A DNA stretch of 64,000 nt from a virus (lineage: Duplodnaviria > Caudoviricetes), in the IMG/VR virus record IMGVR_UViG_2770939519_000001, positions 13,635-77,634 of that record; one strand, 5' to 3'. Position numbers and translations under genes: made by a program. Below the pieces are notes generated by a model, which saw only the letters and a program-made list of their open reading frames with translations, did not search any database and had not been told where the DNA came from. Every line of letters begins with the position of its first letter. Positions within the stretch are counted from its first letter, which is position 1. Shown here one piece after another: positions 59,400 through 64,000 of this stretch.

Positions 59400-60150
59400 G
59401 ACGAACCTTTCGCTATTCAGTTTTACCGGCCTGACGAGGCCCACCCTCTATCGTACTGAAAGGCTTTGTGGCACAAGGTGTTGGCGATATCGGCGAAAAT
59501 GTGATCGGGGTGAGCGTTTACGTCTACGAGCGGATTTCGCTTTGACCGGTTGACGTTTCGTGCTCGACGCGGGCTCGGGCCTGCGGTGCAACCGCCGCCA
59601 CCACCATCCGCCCGCACCAATCACGGCTGCGGCAATCGCGGACGGCGTCGCTCGAATCGACCAGCAGTTTCGCCTTGACCGTCGGTCCCACCTCAACGGT
59701 TCCCCCGTTGATGGGTGAGGTGTTCGGTAGCAGGGCCGCTATGCGGGATCTGAGTTCCTGCCCGTTGCCCAGTTCGAGTCCGATTCGTACGGTCTTGTCC
59801 ATGTCCACCGACTTCGGGGCATGCCAGGTCGCGGCCGTCCGGACCAATTCGTGGGTTCGGGCGTCGAGGATCGCCAATTGGCGCGCGGTGTCATTCGAGA
59901 TGGTGGGGCCGGTGGCCGCTGCCGGCCCCCGTCTTGGTCATCACCTACGCCCCACGTCGATGGTCCATGCCGGTCGCTGGTCACGTTACACCCAGGGCAG
60001 AGGGGTTGAGTTGTGAATAGTTGTGGACGACAAGAGTATTCGCTGACCGATCACCGCTGTGTCCGGTCGCGGACAGCCCAGGTGCGTGTCGAGTAGAATT
60101 GCCCCACCCTCCTCGAGTTATCTCCCATTTCTCTTGGTTGGGTTGGTTGG

Positions 60151-60180
60151 GCCCCGTCGACCTCGGTCGGCGGGGGCTTT
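60151..60180. terminator. Stem-loop downstream of the integrase
   Basis: GCCCCGTCGACC/GGTCGGCGGGGGC followed by TTT. Confidence 0.55.
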
Positions 60181-60183
60181 GGG

Positions 60184-61548
60184 TTATGCCGCGGGGAGGG
60201 CGGGCAGGGTGGTGGTGTCGATGCCGAGGAAGGCGTCGAGTTTGTTGAGGGCGTCCTGGGCGACGGCTTGGCCTATGTGGGTGTAGATCATGGTTGTGGC
60301 CACGTCGGTGTGGCCGAGGATCATCTGGATGGTTTTCGGGTCGACTCCAGCTTCGTGGAGCAGGGTCGCGGTGGTGTGGCGGGTTTCGTGGACGAGTAGG
60401 TCTGCGGGAAGTCCGGCCAGTTCGGCGCATTCCTTGTACAGCACCCAGCCGTAACGTGGTGGCAGGGGGCGGATTTCGTCGGTGTAGCGGGGGTCGATGA
60501 AAACAAGATTGTGTGGATTGTCCGGGCGGCCAAGGGTTTTCTGCGCCTGGAGCATCAGGAATGCGTTCAGTTGCGGGGTAGCGGGGAGCATACGCATACC
60601 GCCCTGTTTCGGACGGGTCAGAAACAAACTGTCCACCAAATGACGATGCTCGTAATCCAGGGGGAAGTCGAAATAGCCCTCGGGGCAGGCGAATCCGCGC
60701 GCCTTGCCGCACGGCCAGGTTTCGTCCGTGTGCTGGGGGCCGCACCCGTGCTTTTTGGAATGCGATTGGAGTTGCCATTCGAAATCCAGCCAGCCGCCGG
60801 TGCCGTCGGCGCGATCGGACAGCTGTACCCGATCCCACGTCAGGCCGAGCACCTCGCCCAGCCGGACGCCGGTGAACAGCAGGACCGCCAGCGCGACGGT
60901 GTAGGGATGCCCGTGCTGATACGTGGTGCGCAGCAACAGCTTCGCGTTGTCGGCGGCGATGGCGCGGCGTTTGGCGTCGCTGGGATCCGGGGGCGTGGCC
61001 TGGTCGACGACATTGCGGTCGACCTCGTCGCGGTCATAGGCGTCCTGAAAGGCGGTGTGCATCACCCGATGTGCGAGCCGGGCGGTCGAGATGCCGTTCC
61101 AGCGGCCCTTGGATGTGGTGCGCACGCGCACGACGATCGCGTCGTACATCGCGTTGATCTCGTCGACCTTCAGCTCGCGTTTGCGTCGCTCGCCGAGCAG
61201 GGGCCTGATGTGCGCGTTGACGACCGACTCGTAGCCGACGAAGGTCTTGGGGGTGCAGCGGCGTTTGGCGATGTTCTCGAGCCAGTAGTCCAGCCAGCCG
61301 TTCACCGTGGACTTGTCGACCGCGGTCGGCAGGCCCCGGCGGGCGCGTTCGACCTTCTGGCGCAACTTCTCCAGCGCCTCGTCGTAGTCCTTGGCGTAGG
61401 CCTTCAGCCGAACCGGGCCGCCCGCTGCGGGATTGGGATTGCGCTGCGAGGCCGCGTAGACCCCGCGCTTGGCGTCCCAGCGGATCGACACCGTGCCCTT
61501 CGGCGCGCGCGTCTTCGTGGTGGTTCTGCTCACCGGGCGTTTCCTCAC
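60184..61548 (-). CDS. int: Tyrosine integrase
   Basis: FTGVRLGE (R), VHETRHT (HxxR), LGH...TTMIY (H, Y); ends LPALPAA. Confidence 0.95.
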   Translation of the reverse strand: MRKRPVSRTTTKTRAPKGTVSIRWDAKRGVYAASQRNPNPAAGGPVRLKAYAKDYDEALEKLRQKVERARRGLPTAVDKSTVNGWLDYWLENIAKRRCTPKTFVGYESVVNAHIRPLLGERRKRELKVDEINAMYDAIVVRVRTTSKGRWNGISTARLAHRVMHTAFQDAYDRDEVDRNVVDQATPPDPSDAKRRAIAADNAKLLLRTTYQHGHPYTVALAVLLFTGVRLGEVLGLTWDRVQLSDRADGTGGWLDFEWQLQSHSKKHGCGPQHTDETWPCGKARGFACPEGYFDFPLDYEHRHLVDSLFLTRPKQGGMRMLPATPQLNAFLMLQAQKTLGRPDNPHNLVFIDPRYTDEIRPLPPRYGWVLYKECAELAGLPADLLVHETRHTTATLLHEAGVDPKTIQMILGHTDVATTMIYTHIGQAVAQDALNKLDAFLGIDTTTLPALPAA

Positions 61549-61608
61549 AACGTTTTCGGAACGAGAGCCGGGCCCGTACGGACCGTCGGAAACTGGTTGC
61601 AAACCGCT

Positions 61609-61646
61609 ACTGGTCACAAGCCACTGGTCACAATAACTGGTCACAT
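61609..61646. repeat. Three ACTGGTCACA direct repeats (integrase arm-type sites)
   Basis: Copies at 61609, 61623 and 61636, between the int start and the att core. Confidence 0.75.
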
Positions 61647-61745
61647 CAGGATGCATGCAACTGCTTCACATCCCATAAAATCACAGCCATGAGCTGGCTA
61701 TGCAACAAGTGACACCCGTGGGATGTGGGCTCTCAGCCCGGCGTC

Positions 61746-61772
61746 CATCTGACTACGGATCAGAAGGTTGGG
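61746..61772 (+). other. att core: tRNA-Arg(ACG) anticodon-arm fragment
   Basis: CATCTGACTACGGATCAGAAGGTTGGG matches the anticodon stem-loop (ACG) and variable loop of actinobacterial tRNA-Arg; acceptor stem and T-loop absent. Confidence 0.8.
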
Positions 61773-62282
61773 CTTCACATTCGCCACCCATCCACACCCC
61801 CGGGTCCTTCCGAATAGTAGTTCGGTCGTGCGTACGGATCCGTCTGCGCCGGAAGGGAAACGTGTGTCACGCCGGAAACTCGCGAGGAGTTCTGCAAGGA
61901 CCCGCAAAGGTATACAACGGTCCTCGAGGACAACGTGATCGCCATCAAGGGAAACTCGAGCCCGACTGTTACGTCGATGTCGAGCCGGAACGCCGAAACA
62001 AGTTCAACTGCTTGACCGCAGAGGGGTTGGCCGAATTCTTCGAAACGAAGGCGAAAGCGTTCATCAGGATCACCCAGGAGGATCAGGAGCGCGACAAGGC
62101 GAAGGAACCGGCCTGGTTGCCCGACGAGGTCTGCGGCAAGTATCCGAAGATGACCAAGAAGCCCTACCGGAACTGCTTGGTCCGAGAAGGTTACGAAGAG
62201 GAGTTCGAGGACTGACTCCGGCGCACCCGCCGGTCGATCAGGTGTCGATCGCTGACTGAACCCACCGGCTCGAGTAACGTGC

Positions 62283-63500
62283 TTGCGCGGGTCGCGCACG
62301 GTGGATGTGGATCCGGTTCGGGACTCGGGCGAAAGGACTGGTGTGACGGGCGCGCGGATGGTCGGGCTGTTCGCCGGGATCGGTGGACTCGAGCTGGGCC
62401 TGTCCGCGCACGGGTGGGAGACCGAACTGCTGTGTGAGATCGATCCCGGCGCGGGGGCCGTACTGGCCGCGCGGTTCCCCGAGGTCGAATTGCACAGCGA
62501 CGTCACGAGATTGCGGGCCCTGCCGTCGGGGACCGATCTGGTGGCCGCGGGATTTCCCTGTCAGGACCTGTCCCAGGCCGGGCGCACGGCCGGAATCACC
62601 GGCGCGCGATCGGGTTTGGTGGACGAGGTGTTCCGGCTGGTGCGACGTCGGCGCGGGCCGCGCTGGCTGCTGATCGAGAATGTGCCGTTCATGCTGCAGC
62701 TGGGGCGCGGGCAGGCCATGCGTCACATCACCGCCGCGCTCGAGGAACTCGGATACACCTGGGCCTATCGGGTGGTGGACGCGCGGGCGTTCGGTCTGCC
62801 GCAGCGCCGACAGCGCGTGCTGATGTTGGCCTCGCGCACCGAGGATCCGCGACCGGTGCTGTTCGGGACCGATGCCGGGCCGCGCACGGTCGGCGACGCG
62901 GGCGCGGATCCGTGCGGTTTCTACTGGACCGAGGGTGTGCGCGGACTGGGCTGGGCGGTCAATGCCGTGCCGACGCTGAAGGGCGGCTCCGGTCTCGGAA
63001 TCGCCAGTCCGCCCGCGGTTCGCCTGCCGTCGGGTGAGATCGTCACCCCGGGGATCACCGATGCCGAACGGCTGCAGGGCTTCTCGCGGGATTGGACGAC
63101 GCCCGCACTGGACGCCGCGGGCGTGCGGTCGGGACATCGATGGAAACTGGTCGGCAATGCCGTGAGCGTCCGCATGGCCACCTGGATCGGCGGACGGTTG
63201 GCCGCCTCCGCCGACGCCGCGCTGCCCGACGAACTGCCGCTGTCGGGTCAGCCCTGGCCGGGCGCCGCGTGGGGCCGGGACGGGCAGGCCTATCGGGTGC
63301 CGGTGTCGACCTGGCCGGTCCATGAGCCGTATGAGGATCTGCGCTGGTTCCTCGACGACGCGCGGCTGCTGTCGGCTCGGGCCACCGCCGGATTCCTGCG
63401 CCGGGCGGCCCGCGGCACTCTGCGGTTCCCGCCGGGATTCATCCTCGACGTTGAGAACCATCTGCATCGAATGGGAGGCTTTCCCCGCGAGGCGGCCTGA
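62283..63500 (+). CDS. dcm: DNA (cytosine-5)-methyltransferase (start uncertain)
   Basis: LFAGIGG (motif I), GFPCQDLS (IV), ENV (VI), QRRQR (VIII), GNAV (X). Confidence 0.95.
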   Translation: MRGSRTVDVDPVRDSGERTGVTGARMVGLFAGIGGLELGLSAHGWETELLCEIDPGAGAVLAARFPEVELHSDVTRLRALPSGTDLVAAGFPCQDLSQAGRTAGITGARSGLVDEVFRLVRRRRGPRWLLIENVPFMLQLGRGQAMRHITAALEELGYTWAYRVVDARAFGLPQRRQRVLMLASRTEDPRPVLFGTDAGPRTVGDAGADPCGFYWTEGVRGLGWAVNAVPTLKGGSGLGIASPPAVRLPSGEIVTPGITDAERLQGFSRDWTTPALDAAGVRSGHRWKLVGNAVSVRMATWIGGRLAASADAALPDELPLSGQPWPGAAWGRDGQAYRVPVSTWPVHEPYEDLRWFLDDARLLSARATAGFLRRAARGTLRFPPGFILDVENHLHRMGGFPREAA

Positions 63501-63541
63501 GCCTCACGAAGACCTCACATTTCGGCCAGCACACTTGTGGA

Positions 63542-64000
63542 ATGGGAACATTTCCACGGCCGAACACGCTGGACAGGACGTGTATGACCGCCGGACGACC
63601 GACCACCGACGCGGCGACCAGCGCTCGAATGTCCCGTCAGCGACGCACCGGCACCGCCCCGGAGACGGCCCTGCGCAAGGAGCTGCACCGCCGCGGCGCG
63701 CGCTTTTTCGTCGATCGTCCCCCGCTGCCCGGACTGCGGCGGCGCGCCGATCTGGTCTTTCCGCGCCGCAGGGTCGCGGTGTACGTCGACGGCTGTTTCT
63801 GGCACAGCTGCCCGCGGCACGCCACCCATCCCAAGAACAACGCCCAGTGGTGGGCCGAGAAATTGGCCGGGAACGTGGCCCGCGATCGGGACACAGATGC
63901 GCGGCTGGCGGCGGCCGGGTGGCTGGTGGTTCGGATCTGGGAGCACGAGGACGCGGGCGACGCGGCCGATCGAGTGCAGGCGGCATTGGCCGGTCGGTAG
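63542..64000 (+). CDS. vsr: Very short patch repair endonuclease
   Basis: MSRQRRTGTAPE, ADLVF...VDGCFWH, W..K...NVARD. Confidence 0.95.
   Translation: MGTFPRPNTLDRTCMTAGRPTTDAATSARMSRQRRTGTAPETALRKELHRRGARFFVDRPPLPGLRRRADLVFPRRRVAVYVDGCFWHSCPRHATHPKNNAQWWAEKLAGNVARDRDTDARLAAAGWLVVRIWEHEDAGDAADRVQAALAGR

Larger units (their letters stand above)
3503..61772. mobile_element. Siphovirus-type prophage (left boundary not identified)
   Basis: Early genes, full morphogenesis and lysis module, integrase and att; the shared motif links the 19.4-kb early region to the late genes. Confidence 0.8.

Noticed and set aside
59524-59877. 117-aa minus-strand ORF
   Set aside because: No clear RBS or recognisable motif; possibly a gene remnant, not supportable as a CDS
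61609-61646. Short direct repeats as a CRISPR array
   Set aside because: 10-bp units with 3-4 bp gaps and no spacers or cas genes; they fit integrase arm sites
61746-61772. Functional tRNA gene
   Set aside because: Only the anticodon arm and variable loop are present; no acceptor stem, D-arm or T-loop

Overview
High-GC actinobacterial DNA; the gene content looks Nocardia-like, which is an inference. Most of the window is one long-tailed (siphovirus-type) prophage. Its right end is at about 61.77 kb: tyrosine integrase, arm-type repeats and a tRNA-Arg(ACG) anticodon-arm att core. Its left end is not visible. Left to right: an IS21 element (istA/istB) that truncates an inositol-monophosphatase-like gene; a phage early block (SSB, WhiB-like, RusA); a 13-kb accessory island; more early/terminal genes (DEDDh exonuclease, SAM-methyltransferase-like, double-HTH); a complete morphogenesis module from HNH/terminase to tail fibres with an internal lysis cassette; an unexplained cargo operon; an internally deleted IS256 derivative with a HAD passenger; the integrase/att; and a flanking Dcm-Vsr pair. 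The accessory island holds a LexA-boxed DprA + PRTase pair, a DUF3558-like lipoprotein, two broken chaperone-like paralogs, a PD-(D/E)XK polymorphic toxin with a decaying poly-immunity array and orphan toxin tails, a YcxB-like membrane protein and three tandem 32-aa uncharged peptides. The cargo operon holds three paralogs built from six copies of one ~95-aa domain, NHL propellers and a small coiled coil. A short motif (consensus about CACAACTGAATA) recurs in front of many phage genes. All family assignments come from reading motifs by eye; no database searches were run.
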